From contig OY970126.1 of assembly GCA_963705915.1 (NCBI GenBank), positions 623,893 to 687,892 of the forward strand: 64,000 bases of DNA. The letters are read 5' to 3'. The stretch is from an uncultured bacterium. GTDB lineage: Bacteria > Patescibacteriota > Minisyncoccia > UBA6257 > 2-01-FULL-56-20. Positions 1 to 9,352 of the stretch are shown one piece after another. A program made the translations under genes and the position numbers. Position 1 is the first letter of the stretch, and every line of letters begins with the position of its first letter. The notes under the pieces are model-generated. The model was given only the letters and a program-made list of their open reading frames with translations. It had not been told where the DNA came from and ran no database searches.

Positions 1-344
1 ATTTGCGCATGTTTTTCACTTGATTTCCCCTTCATTATATACTATTATCCACAGCAGATAAACAGCTTTTGCATTATATACTTAAAACAGAGAGGGGTTG
101 AAGGAGACCCTTTTATGATACGTAGCCCGAGCAGCAAACCACATCCCCTGAAACGACGTTGCGCACTTCCGCGCCGCATACCCCGTTGCCATCGATTCAC
201 CTGTCCAACACGGACCAAAGCCAACCGCAACTCCGTCGACTGACACGAAATGGAGGTGGTTCCCTCACTAGTAGAGGGAGTTGGGCTCGATACGGGAAGG
301 TCAGCCTCCTTCCAAGGGCACCTATCTAAGTGCCGATCAAATCA

Positions 345-373
345 GCCCCGTCGTAAAAGGCGGGGCTTTATAT
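345..373 (+). terminator. Rho-independent terminator-like hairpin (GCCCCG-loop-CGGGGC followed by TTTATAT) ending a 5' non-coding stretch
   Basis: 6-bp GC stem at 345-350/361-366 followed by a T-rich run; a second hairpin GGCAC/GTGCC lies at 317-337. Confidence 0.4.
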
Positions 374-390
374 CCTTATCATTGGCATAC

Positions 391-462
391 GCGCGCTTAG
401 CTCAGTGGTAGAGCAACTCCTTTACACGGAGTGGGTCGGGGGTTCAATTCCCTCAGCGCGCA
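391..462 (+). tRNA. tRNA-Val (anticodon UAC)
   Basis: Cloverleaf by eye: acceptor GCGCGCT/AGCGCGC, D-arm GCTC..GAGC, anticodon stem ACTCC/GGAGT with loop TTTACAC, T-arm GGGGG-TTCAATT-CCCTC, discriminator A; no encoded CCA. Confidence 0.85.
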
Positions 463-469
463 CAGTCAC

Positions 470-955
470 TTATGGTCTTGCGATAGCATCTGCCAATTTT
501 ACTTTGAGGTTCGTCTGCCCGACGGGAACAAATGCATTCCTATTTTTGACAAAACTTTTGAACTGATAGCTTCCATCCGCGGTGAACGGGAAAGCGTTGA
601 AATTCACGGTAAATCGGTTACGCTCCTGATGGGCTTCGATCTTTACGGCATATTCGATTTCGTTGAGTACTTTTTCTGCAGGATCAAGAAGTTGCATCTT
701 CACGAATGTTTCGATGGCGCCCATATCAGAACGCTCCCACAGCGTGATCAGCTGAAAAGGAAATGCAATGGGGAGAATGGCGCTCTGCGCGGTTTTCTTT
801 TGGTTCTCAACATCGCCCCTCAACAACGTCAGTTCCTCGATAAGGTTATAGAGGCTGAGGTTATTGGTCTGTTGATCAATCGACGAACCGGCGCACAAAA
901 TCGACCAGACATATTTTATTGGAAGGATTTCTATCTTTTTAATTTCTTTCGGCAT
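470..955 (-). CDS. Hypothetical protein, probable third gene of the TA operon; start chosen at MPKEIKK, 4 nt after the XRE gene stop
   Basis: ORF 470..1027 on the same strand as the neighbouring genes with protein-like composition; the alternative plus-strand ORF 431..1015 starts inside the tRNA and is F/C/R-rich. Confidence 0.35.
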   Translation of the reverse strand: MPKEIKKIEILPIKYVWSILCAGSSIDQQTNNLSLYNLIEELTLLRGDVENQKKTAQSAILPIAFPFQLITLWERSDMGAIETFVKMQLLDPAEKVLNEIEYAVKIEAHQERNRFTVNFNAFPFTADGSYQFKSFVKNRNAFVPVGQTNLKVKLADAIARP

Positions 956-959
956 AAAT

Positions 960-1421
960 TTATTGTGATTTTGTCCTGTCAGAAAAATTTGGCCCCAAAT
1001 ACTCTTGTACCGTGACCTTCTTTTCATTATTGGAGGACAGCGTGTTCATTGTGGTAGCGTCGTAGCCCTGCATAACCCCTCCGATCATATTTGCCATAAC
1101 CTGAATAAAAGCCGTCGACTCATCGAAAAAGACCGATGTCGTACCAATCCGCACCGTAAGGCCGAGGCACCGCGCAATCCGCTGTATCAAATCAAAGCCG
1201 ATGTTAACATCACCGCTTTCGATATTAGAAATTATTCTTTGCGTGGTCTCAGCTTCTTTTGCGAGCCGCACCTGTGTCCACCCCTTTGCAGTTCTCGCAC
1301 GATTTACCTCGAAGGCAAACTTAATCCGGGCATCCGCGGCATCCCGCATTTTCTTATACTCGGGATGTGCCCTCGTATGTTCCAAGCTTTTATTGTTCTT
1401 TTGTTTCTTCATAAGGTTCAT
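960..1421 (-). CDS. HTH XRE-family transcriptional regulator, probable antitoxin (HigA-like)
   Basis: Helix-turn-helix signature GWTQVRLAKEAETTQRIISNIESGD; overlaps the upstream toxin gene by 32 nt, the typical toxin-antitoxin arrangement. Confidence 0.7.
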   Translation of the reverse strand: MNLMKKQKNNKSLEHTRAHPEYKKMRDAADARIKFAFEVNRARTAKGWTQVRLAKEAETTQRIISNIESGDVNIGFDLIQRIARCLGLTVRIGTTSVFFDESTAFIQVMANMIGGVMQGYDATTMNTLSSNNEKKVTVQEYLGPNFSDRTKSQ

Positions 1422-1839
1422 AGCGATCTGGATTTTTTATGAAATCATCGTAATACACTTTTGCTATCCGATGTATAGATTCTATATCATTATCGACTTT
1501 TTTCTTTTTGCCCTTCTCATAACGACGCGGCTTATCGTAGCCATGCAACAAGACCAATCGCTCGCGATGATGGGCGAAATAAAGTAGCCGTACAAGCTCC
1601 TTCCCTTCTTTGATGCGCAACTCCTGAAAATCATAACCAATGAGATGGGCAGAAAGTTCGCCTCCTGCTATCCCATTATTCCCCGCAGCCAAACTAAGCA
1701 CGGCTTCGACCGTTGCCAGCCGTTTCGCTTTACCATTTTTACTCTTTTGGGTATCAGTCGAATCTGAGCCATAACGCGATGTCAGATACTCCTTGGCGGG
1801 CGCGATTCCAGCCGATGTCACATAATAGACGATCTCCAT
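1390..1839 (-). CDS. Type II toxin, Gp49-like/HigB (RelE/ParE superfamily)
   Basis: Motif ...GYDFQELRIKEGKELVRLLYFAHHRERLVLLHGYDKP... resembles phage Gp49/HigB toxins and is followed by the XRE antitoxin. Confidence 0.6.
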   Translation of the reverse strand: MEIVYYVTSAGIAPAKEYLTSRYGSDSTDTQKSKNGKAKRLATVEAVLSLAAGNNGIAGGELSAHLIGYDFQELRIKEGKELVRLLYFAHHRERLVLLHGYDKPRRYEKGKKKKVDNDIESIHRIAKVYYDDFIKNPDRYEPYEETKEQ

Positions 1840-1872
1840 GCTTGGTCATTGTTGCAATAACTATATTGGAAT

Positions 1873-1890
1873 TATACCCTATAGGGTATA
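1873..1890. promoter_or_regulatory. Perfect 18-bp palindrome TATACCCTATAGGGTATA immediately upstream of the toxin-antitoxin operon; candidate operator
   Basis: Exact self-complementarity, located about 35 bp upstream of the higB-like start codon at 1839. Confidence 0.55.
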
Positions 1891-2026
1891 CGCGTCAAGG
1901 GTCGCTTTTGTTTCGAAAATCGGCCTTTTTGCCCTATTTTTTCACGATCCCAAGCTTGACCGCATGCATACGTGTTTGCCTTCGTAGATCAATTTCTTGC
2001 TGCCAATTTTGAATTTCATATTCGTT

Positions 2027-2878
2027 TCACTTCGCGGAATTTATTTTATAAAAATTCTCGAAAAGTTCTGCGACGAGGACAGGTCCTGTGCCGCCGGGGG
2101 TTTTTGTATAATGAATATTTTTCTCTTCGGCGCCCGAGGGGTCAAAATCACCGGAAATGGCATTACCACCTTCCGCGCTCACGGCGTGATTAAAACCAAA
2201 ATCGATCACGAGTGCCCCATCTTTCAGGTCTTTCGCGCTGAACAAATTTGATTGTCCCGCACCGCTCACCACAATGTCCGCATCACCGAGCTTGGCATGG
2301 AGATTCTTCACTGTTGCATCAAGAACGACGAGTTCCGAAACTTTGTTTTGCAACCAGAAACCGACCGGCTTGCCGATGAGAAACCCGGCGCCCACCATGA
2401 CAACTTTGAGATCGCGGAGGTTTTTGACCTGCAACGCTCCGTCGCCTTTCACCGCACGCAAGATTTCTTCCACGGTTGCAACGGAAGGAGGCACGATGGT
2501 TCCACGCTCGGTGTAGAATGCGCCGAGGGCGGCCTCACTCAAACAATCGACATCTTTTTCCTTGGGGATGGCGTTCAGAACATAATGCCGATTGATCTTT
2601 TCGGGCAACGGCAACTGCACAATAAATCCTCCGCAATTTTTCGGCTGAGCTAAACGACCGATCTCGCCTCGCAACTCGTCGGTTGCTATCGATTCAGGCA
2701 ATCGATAGAGACGAAACTCAATGCCGAGATCTTTTGCGATACGCTCTTTCTGTTTCAAAAAATTTACCGACGCCGGATTGTCGCCAACAAGAACGGCACC
2801 GAAAAACTTTTCGGGGCGTGGGAGCGACTTTAATCGCTCCGTGATTTTTTGTGCAATATCTTTCCCGTCGATAATCAT
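2027..2878 (-). CDS. folD: Bifunctional methylenetetrahydrofolate dehydrogenase/cyclohydrolase FolD
   Basis: MIIDGKDIAQKI... start and overall collinearity with FolD; an upstream ATG at 2911 would overlap the alkA-like gene. Confidence 0.85.
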   Translation of the reverse strand: MIIDGKDIAQKITERLKSLPRPEKFFGAVLVGDNPASVNFLKQKERIAKDLGIEFRLYRLPESIATDELRGEIGRLAQPKNCGGFIVQLPLPEKINRHYVLNAIPKEKDVDCLSEAALGAFYTERGTIVPPSVATVEEILRAVKGDGALQVKNLRDLKVVMVGAGFLIGKPVGFWLQNKVSELVVLDATVKNLHAKLGDADIVVSGAGQSNLFSAKDLKDGALVIDFGFNHAVSAEGGNAISGDFDPSGAEEKNIHYTKTPGGTGPVLVAELFENFYKINSAK

Positions 2879-2882
2879 TTCA

Positions 2883-3539
2883 TCATTTTTTAATCTTTTT
2901 GGGTGCGCCAATCTTCTTGGGCGTGGTCTTGGGCGCTATCGGCTCGTTGCTAAGGCTCGCCCAGAGATACCGGCTCGCGAGACTACGATACGGCTTCCAC
3001 GCCTCTGCAATCTTCATCGCTTGCCGCTCCGTTGGATGACCCTTCAGTTTATAGAGCTTTTTGATGGCATTCCGCAAGCCCAAGTCGCCGTAGGAAAAAA
3101 CGTCTTCGCGCCCGAGCGAGAAAATGAGGAACATTTCCGCCGTCCACGGCCCAATCCCCTTCACGGCAACGAGATGGTCCATCACCTCCTGATCCGACCA
3201 TTGATCGATCTTCTTTAAGTCAACGGTCTTATCCAGAACCTTTTTTGCCAAATCTTTTACGAAACTCACTTTCATATTCGACAGTCCAACGGCGCGAATT
3301 TTGCGTGCAGGCATTTTCAGGATATCTTTCGGCGTCGGAAATTTTTTCCGAGGCACAAGCGACGAAAAGCGTTTGAAGATTGTGTCAGCGGCCTTCACGG
3401 AAAGCTGCTGACTCGTAATCGCTTCCACGAGCGCCTCAAAATGCTTTCCACGCAAAGAAAGTTCGCGAAGCTTAATCCCCTCGATGAGTGGCTTCAAGAC
3501 CGGGTCGTTCTTCTTGAGATGAGTGAGCTGTTTGTTCAT
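2883..3539 (-). CDS. HhH-GPD family DNA glycosylase (AlkA/3-methyladenine glycosylase II-like)
   Basis: HhH-GPD core ...VAVKGIGPWTAEMFLIFSLGREDVFSYGDLGLRNA...; start set at MNKQLTHL because the longer ORF overlaps glyA. Confidence 0.7.
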   Translation of the reverse strand: MNKQLTHLKKNDPVLKPLIEGIKLRELSLRGKHFEALVEAITSQQLSVKAADTIFKRFSSLVPRKKFPTPKDILKMPARKIRAVGLSNMKVSFVKDLAKKVLDKTVDLKKIDQWSDQEVMDHLVAVKGIGPWTAEMFLIFSLGREDVFSYGDLGLRNAIKKLYKLKGHPTERQAMKIAEAWKPYRSLASRYLWASLSNEPIAPKTTPKKIGAPKKIKK

Positions 3540-4786
3540 TCGATCCCTGGCACCGGAAATTGCAGCGAAAACTTTTTTACTTTTTCTTTCATCTTCCCCA
3601 GCACAGCCGCGTCTTCCCGATGCGCGAGCGTTTCGTCGATGAGATCCGCGACCGTCTGCATGTCGCTCTCTTTGCACCCACGCGTGGTGAGGGCGGGCGT
3701 ACCCAAGCGGATACCCGAAGGATCAAGCGGTTTTCGCGGGTCGAACGGTATCATGTTTTTATTGATCGAAATGCCAACATGCTCAAGCGCCTTTTCAGCT
3801 TCTTTACCGGTGATAGCCTTGCTGCCGAAGAGATCGACGAGCATGAGATGATTATCCGTGCCACCCGAAATAATGCGATACCCTTTTGATTGCAACGCAC
3901 CGGCAAGCGCGCGGGCATTTGTGATAACTTGCCTTGCATACTCCTCAAACTCCGGTTTCAACGCCTCGCCGTAGGCAATCGCTTTTGCGGCGTTGATGTG
4001 GTCATGCGGACCGCCTTGCACGCCGGGAAATACCGACTTATCAATCGCGGCGGCAAATTTTTCTTTGCACATGATCATCGCGCCGCGCGGGCCGCGCAGC
4101 GTCTTATGCGTTGTGGCGGAAACGACGTCGCAATAGGGCACCGGATTTTCCAACTGCTTGCCGGCGATGAGCCCGGCGATGTGCGCAACATCAGCGAACA
4201 AGAACGCGCCGGATTTATCGGCAATCGCACGGAAGCGCTCCCAATCAAGCGAACGCGAATATGCCGAGAACCCCGCAAGAATCATTTTCGGTTTCTCACG
4301 CATCGCAATTTCCTCTACTTCATCCATGTCGATGAGTTCAGTCTCGCGATTCACAAAGTACGGAATGATTTTATAAAGCTTGCCAGAAAAATTGAGCGGG
4401 TGGCCGTGCGAAAGATGGCCGCCCTGGTCAAGTGAAAATCCGAGCACGGCATCGCCAGGATTCAGAAGCGCCATATAGACCGCGAGATTTGCCGGCGATC
4501 CGGAGAGCGGCTGCACATTCACGTGTTCGGCGCCGAAAAGTTCCGTTGCGCGTTCGATGGCAAGCGTTTCCGCCTGGTCGATAATTTCGTTGCCGCCATA
4601 ATAACGTTTGTTCGGATAGCCTTCGCTGTATTTATTGGTAAGCACTGAACCCATTGCCTCAAGTACGGCGCGGGAAACATAGTTCTCACTCGCGATAAGT
4701 TCAATGCCTTCTTTTTGGCGCTGCTCTTCGCGTTTGATGATTTCGTAGACAGCCCTATCCTCTTTTTCGATCGTCGGGTATTTCAT
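3536..4786 (-). CDS. glyA: Serine hydroxymethyltransferase
   Basis: 416-aa product from MKYPTIEKEDRAVYEII... with PLP-lysine region ...SATTHKTLRGPRGAMI...; the track ORF 3536..5437 has a spurious upstream extension. Confidence 0.9.
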   Translation of the reverse strand: MKYPTIEKEDRAVYEIIKREEQRQKEGIELIASENYVSRAVLEAMGSVLTNKYSEGYPNKRYYGGNEIIDQAETLAIERATELFGAEHVNVQPLSGSPANLAVYMALLNPGDAVLGFSLDQGGHLSHGHPLNFSGKLYKIIPYFVNRETELIDMDEVEEIAMREKPKMILAGFSAYSRSLDWERFRAIADKSGAFLFADVAHIAGLIAGKQLENPVPYCDVVSATTHKTLRGPRGAMIMCKEKFAAAIDKSVFPGVQGGPHDHINAAKAIAYGEALKPEFEEYARQVITNARALAGALQSKGYRIISGGTDNHLMLVDLFGSKAITGKEAEKALEHVGISINKNMIPFDPRKPLDPSGIRLGTPALTTRGCKESDMQTVADLIDETLAHREDAAVLGKMKEKVKKFSLQFPVPGIE

Positions 4787-4849
4787 GGGATACGATAATA
4801 ATATAGAGTGCGAAATGATTGCACAACTACCCTCATGCGCTCTACAATA

Positions 4850-5995
4850 ATGGACGATACCGCCATGCATGACTCTGGGTCGAAAAAAGTCATTGCGGAC
4901 CTTCTTGCCGCCGCCGACATCACAATCAATGGCAGCCGGCCGTGGGATATTAAGGTCCTGAATGAAGATTTCTATGATCGCGTATTTCGCTACGGGACGC
5001 TTGGCGTTGGCGAAGCCTACATGGACGGCTGGTGGGAATGCGAAAAACCCGACGAATTCTTCTTCCGGGCCTTCCGGGGTTCGCTCGAAGAAAAAGTGAA
5101 AAACTGGCGGACCGCCATCCACGTCTTGAAAGCGACCGTTTTTAATTATCAGAAAAAATCTCGCGCGGCCGAAGTCGCCGAACGGCATTACAACCTGAGC
5201 AACGAGCTCTATGAATATATGCTCGGTAAAATGATGGCCTACACGTGCGCGTACTGGCCGCACGCAAAAAATCTCGACGAAGCACAAAACGCCAAGCTTG
5301 ACCTTATCTGTAAAAAAATCGGCCTCAAGCCGGGCATGAAAATCTTGGACCTCGGCTGCGGATTCGGAAGCTTTATGAAATTTGCGGTCGAGCACTACAA
5401 CGTGAGCGCCGTAGGCGTGAACCTCTCCAAAGAACAAGTACGGTTTGGTCGGGAATGGTGCAAGGGCTTACCGATTGAATTCCAACTCATCGATTATCGT
5501 GAAGCAAAGGGGATGTTCGACCGCGTGATCTCAATCGGACTCACTGAGCATGTCGGCTATAAAAATTATCGAAGTCTTTTCGAGGTTGCAAATCGAGCGC
5601 TCGTCGACGACGGGTTATTCTTGCTTCACACGATCGGTAGCAATGAATCGCACGCGGCAACCGACCCGTGGATTACAAAATATATCTTTCCGAACGGCAT
5701 GCTGCCTTCGATACAACAACTTTCAGGTGCCATGGAAAAATCTTTCATCATCGAAGACCTGCACAATTTTGGCGCCGACTATGATAAGACCCTCATGGCG
5801 TGGTTTGAGAACTTTAAAAAGCACTGGCCTGAACTGCAAAAAAACGATCCGACGAATTATGACGAGCGATTTTATCGAATGTGGACGTACTATCTCCTCG
5901 CCTGCGCCGGCATGTTCCGGGCCCGCCGCGGCCAGCTCTGGCAATTCGTCTTGTCGAAAAAAGGCGTGCTCGGCGGATATACGTCCGTCCGATAA
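4850..5995 (+). CDS. cfa: Cyclopropane-fatty-acyl-phospholipid synthase family SAM-dependent methyltransferase (Cfa/BfaB-like)
   Basis: Near-collinear with E. coli Cfa: YMDGWWEC, ILDLGCGFG SAM motif, HTIGS, KYIFPNG, FRMWTYYLLACAG. Confidence 0.85.
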   Translation: MDDTAMHDSGSKKVIADLLAAADITINGSRPWDIKVLNEDFYDRVFRYGTLGVGEAYMDGWWECEKPDEFFFRAFRGSLEEKVKNWRTAIHVLKATVFNYQKKSRAAEVAERHYNLSNELYEYMLGKMMAYTCAYWPHAKNLDEAQNAKLDLICKKIGLKPGMKILDLGCGFGSFMKFAVEHYNVSAVGVNLSKEQVRFGREWCKGLPIEFQLIDYREAKGMFDRVISIGLTEHVGYKNYRSLFEVANRALVDDGLFLLHTIGSNESHAATDPWITKYIFPNGMLPSIQQLSGAMEKSFIIEDLHNFGADYDKTLMAWFENFKKHWPELQKNDPTNYDERFYRMWTYYLLACAGMFRARRGQLWQFVLSKKGVLGGYTSVR

Positions 5996-6025
5996 ATGCG
6001 ATACCATTGCGACTGCGCATAACCT

Positions 6026-7384
6026 ATGCCAAACACTGACTACCCCGCCTACGAGGAACGCAAGGCCCGTCTGAGCGATCAGATGCAAAAGATCCAGCAT
6101 GTTCGTTTGGACAAAGCGACGTCAAATCTTTTTCGAAGTCGAGAAAGGATATCAGGTGCGAAAATAGCACAAAACAAACTAAGCGTTCGGGATTTTAACC
6201 ATGTGCTCTCTGTAAATATCGAAGAGCGCTGGGCCGACATTGAAGGTATGACGACGTATGAAGACTTCGTGGACGAGACGTTGAAACATGGCTTGATGCC
6301 TGCCGTTGTCCCGCAGCTCAAAACGATTACCATCGGTGGCGCGGTGAGCGGCGTGGGCATCGAATCGACATCATTCCGCTACGGGCTTGTCCATGAAACG
6401 GTGATCGAAATGGAAATATTGCTCGCGTCCGGAGAAATAATGTTGTGCAACAAAGATAAAAACGCGGATTTATTTTACGGATTTCCAAACTCCTATGGCA
6501 CGTTCGGCTATGTTCTCCGGCTCAGGGTAAAATTATTGCCCGTGCAACGGTTCGTCAAACTCGAACACAAAAAATTCACTGATCGAATTTTGTATCTCCA
6601 AGATCTTGAGCGCGCGTGCACTTCAAACGCTCCGCGCGTTGATTTTGTTGACGGCACGATCTTCGCCTCGGATGAAATGTACATCACAACGGGAACATTC
6701 ACAAACGATGCGCCCTACACAAGCGACTACACTTATATGAACGTGTATTACCAATCGATCCGCAAGAGAAACGAAGACTATCTCCCCGTCCGCGATTATC
6801 TCTGGCGCTGGGACACCGACTGGTTCTGGTGCTCAAAGGCTATCCACGCACAAAATCCGATCATCCGAAGACTCCTCGGCAAAAAGCGCCTCAACTCCAA
6901 TTTTTATACGAAGGCTATGCGCATGAATGACCGGCTTGGCATAACAACCAAGTTCTCGGCGCTTTTTGGAGGGCGACGCGAATGGATTATCCAAGACGTT
7001 GATATCCCCATCGAAAACGCACCGGCATTTGCCGAATTCTTTTTCCAGAACATCGGCATACGACCGATCTGGATCTGTCCGATCGGATCGTACGATAAAA
7101 CCATCAAATTTCCGCTCTATCCCCTTGACCCCAAAAAACTCTATGTGAATTTTGGCTTCTGGGATTCCGTCCTGACCGATAAAGAACCGGGTCATTACAA
7201 CCGCCTCGTCGAAGCGAAAGTTTCGGAGCTTCATGGCAGAAAAGGATTATATTCCGATTCATTCTATACACCCGAGGAATTCTGGCGTGTTTACGATAAG
7301 GCAGCCTACGACGTATTAAAAGAGCGGTATGACCCGGAACACAAACTAAAAAACCTCTTTGAAAAGAGCATCCAGAAAAAATAG
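6026..7384 (+). CDS. FAD-binding (PCMH-type) oxidoreductase, BfaA-like partner of the cfa-like methyltransferase
   Basis: FAD-binding region ...ITIGGAVSGVGIESTSFRYGLVHE... and its position immediately downstream of cfa on the same strand. Confidence 0.6.
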   Translation: MPNTDYPAYEERKARLSDQMQKIQHVRLDKATSNLFRSRERISGAKIAQNKLSVRDFNHVLSVNIEERWADIEGMTTYEDFVDETLKHGLMPAVVPQLKTITIGGAVSGVGIESTSFRYGLVHETVIEMEILLASGEIMLCNKDKNADLFYGFPNSYGTFGYVLRLRVKLLPVQRFVKLEHKKFTDRILYLQDLERACTSNAPRVDFVDGTIFASDEMYITTGTFTNDAPYTSDYTYMNVYYQSIRKRNEDYLPVRDYLWRWDTDWFWCSKAIHAQNPIIRRLLGKKRLNSNFYTKAMRMNDRLGITTKFSALFGGRREWIIQDVDIPIENAPAFAEFFFQNIGIRPIWICPIGSYDKTIKFPLYPLDPKKLYVNFGFWDSVLTDKEPGHYNRLVEAKVSELHGRKGLYSDSFYTPEEFWRVYDKAAYDVLKERYDPEHKLKNLFEKSIQKK

Positions 7385-7432
7385 GCGCTGAAACTAATGT
7401 GGGTCGCTTAGCCTACGACTTGCGAAATTGTA

Positions 7433-8233
7433 TTACGATTCAGTGAGTTCAGTGTTATGATCGCTAGCGAATTGAGCAAAACGCAGAAGACGCGCAATAG
7501 CCTCATAAGCTTCAAACTCTGAGATTTCAGAAGCTGTTCCGTGTGAGGCATTATCGCGCCAATAGTTGAGCAGATCGGTTAAGTTTCGGAACGTAGCGGC
7601 AAGCGGACTTGTAATTCCTTGAACAATAGTATCTTCCGTACGGCGCCTGCCACTTGCAGAGCGATAGGTTCTCATAACCGCAGCTTCGTCTCCAGTTTTC
7701 TGAATAGCTAGATGTAGTAAAACTGATTCTGCTGCTGCTCCGCACATGACGCAACATGCAAGATAAGCTGTAGAAGAATAGCATTTCACAGCTTCTTGTG
7801 CCCTTTGAAAAAATCCCTCACCAAATCTCGCTCGAAAGCGCCCGAATAGCTCAGCAACACGAGCAGGTTCCACGGGTACGAATACGTTATGTTCCGTATC
7901 AGCTAACCAAGCACGTCCGATAGTGGTTATTGAGTAACCATCTCCACCAGAACCTCCATCTGTAATTTGCTCACCTTGCCGCCTGACACTAGGCCGAAGT
8001 ATCCCGCGCCTACAAAGTTCCCATGCGGCCTCATAAAATACTGACGAGAGGGGCGCAATCCTTACTTCAATATCGTGAGGGTTTTGGATCGGTACATTCT
8101 CCACCTCCTGCGCATAGGCACGACAAACTCTGGGAATATAGACATCGTAGCCATATTCAGCGGCAGCTTGTGGGGTTGCTGGGCGGCGAAGAAAGGAGAT
8201 TAGAAATTGGATAGCATCATCTACTCGTGGCAT
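7433..8233 (-). CDS. Hypothetical protein with a C-terminal R-x4-H motif (possible HEPN-like domain)
   Basis: 266-aa ORF with no recognisable family; contains NYWRDNASHG (R-x4-H). Confidence 0.4.
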   Translation of the reverse strand: MPRVDDAIQFLISFLRRPATPQAAAEYGYDVYIPRVCRAYAQEVENVPIQNPHDIEVRIAPLSSVFYEAAWELCRRGILRPSVRRQGEQITDGGSGGDGYSITTIGRAWLADTEHNVFVPVEPARVAELFGRFRARFGEGFFQRAQEAVKCYSSTAYLACCVMCGAAAESVLLHLAIQKTGDEAAVMRTYRSASGRRRTEDTIVQGITSPLAATFRNLTDLLNYWRDNASHGTASEISEFEAYEAIARLLRFAQFASDHNTELTES

Positions 8234-8314
8234 ATGCTCTGACTTTATCAGAATTTATAGCGAAAACCAATCTGGGTTCGTTAACGCATTAATGGTTGCT
8301 CGCTTAATTTCGTT

Positions 8315-9352
8315 CTATTGGTCGTTCCCGCTAGATGCTTTAGTGTTGAATATCGGAAAGTTTGCGTATGTGCTTATTTGTTGCGGTAGCTCCTTTGTAG
8401 CTGTTGCATAAATGCTCATCCCTTGAGCTTCGCTCCACGTATAAAATTTGTCTTGATCTATGAGAAAAATCGCTTGAGCATTGTATGCCCGTGAATCGTA
8501 AGAACGCTCATACGTTATATCAAAGACATCAAATGATATCCAACCATTACCCCTTGCGCTTGTATCAAATTGACCTTGAGCAATTTCTCCCTTTTCTAAC
8601 TTAGCTTGTGTTATCCAGTTAAGCCCAATGCCTTGGAAAGGCGACGTCTCCTGACCAGCGACTCCCATCCACTGATTTTGCTGTTTATCGTATATAAAAC
8701 TATCGTGAGCGACCGTAAGATTCTGAATTTCAATGTCGCCAAGATTTTCCACTGCGAAAGTGTATGAAGAGGAAGAATTTTGTCTTAGGAGATAAGTTAC
8801 ATTTGGCGCGATGGGGATATTATTCTCTATAAAACTTTCTATTGGCGGTACCGCTCCGGTAGCGACGTATCCACTAATGATAAAACATACTATGAAAAGA
8901 AAAGCCGCAAAAATATATCGTAACCAAACTTTTCCTCCTGGCTCCGCCTGAAACAAACGGTTGAATAAATTAGCTCGTTTTAATGCCCATGATATAAATG
9001 TGAGCAGTATGAGCGTACCTGTAAGTCCTAGTATGATCGTGAGTCCTTGTTCGCCAAAAATATCGTTGAATTCTAAAAGCCAATAGGCAATAAATCCAAG
9101 CCCGCCTAGGAAAATAACATTTTCGAAAAGTGTTAGCCGCATATCACCTCTCTTATTAGGGAAGGTTTCCCAGACTTCGAGCCACAAAATGCCCACCGCC
9201 GTCAGCGACAAAAAAGATAGGCCGACAGAAAATGGCCTTATATTTAAACTCTGAAAGAATATCGTAAGAGCAACAAAAATTGCTAGAACTTCAAGAAGGT
9301 CGTGATTTTTTTCTATATATGTCCTTATCGTTATCTTCGTCTCTTCGTTCAT
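8315..9352 (-). CDS. Hypothetical polytopic membrane protein with a C-terminal extracytoplasmic domain
   Basis: Multiple N-terminal hydrophobic helices; lower GC than the flanking core genes. Confidence 0.5.
   Translation of the reverse strand: MNEETKITIRTYIEKNHDLLEVLAIFVALTIFFQSLNIRPFSVGLSFLSLTAVGILWLEVWETFPNKRGDMRLTLFENVIFLGGLGFIAYWLLEFNDIFGEQGLTIILGLTGTLILLTFISWALKRANLFNRLFQAEPGGKVWLRYIFAAFLFIVCFIISGYVATGAVPPIESFIENNIPIAPNVTYLLRQNSSSSYTFAVENLGDIEIQNLTVAHDSFIYDKQQNQWMGVAGQETSPFQGIGLNWITQAKLEKGEIAQGQFDTSARGNGWISFDVFDITYERSYDSRAYNAQAIFLIDQDKFYTWSEAQGMSIYATATKELPQQISTYANFPIFNTKASSGNDQ

Noticed and set aside
431-1015. Plus-strand 194-aa ORF overlapping tRNA-Val
   Set aside because: It starts inside the tRNA gene and is rich in F/C/R with poor protein-like composition. 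The co-oriented minus-strand ORF fits the operon structure better.
3536-5437. 633-aa minus-strand ORF suggesting a giant GlyA fusion
   Set aside because: Only the C-terminal 416 aa, from MKYPTIEK at 4786, match serine hydroxymethyltransferase. The upstream 217 codons overlap the divergent cfa gene and have non-protein-like composition, so this is a spurious extension.
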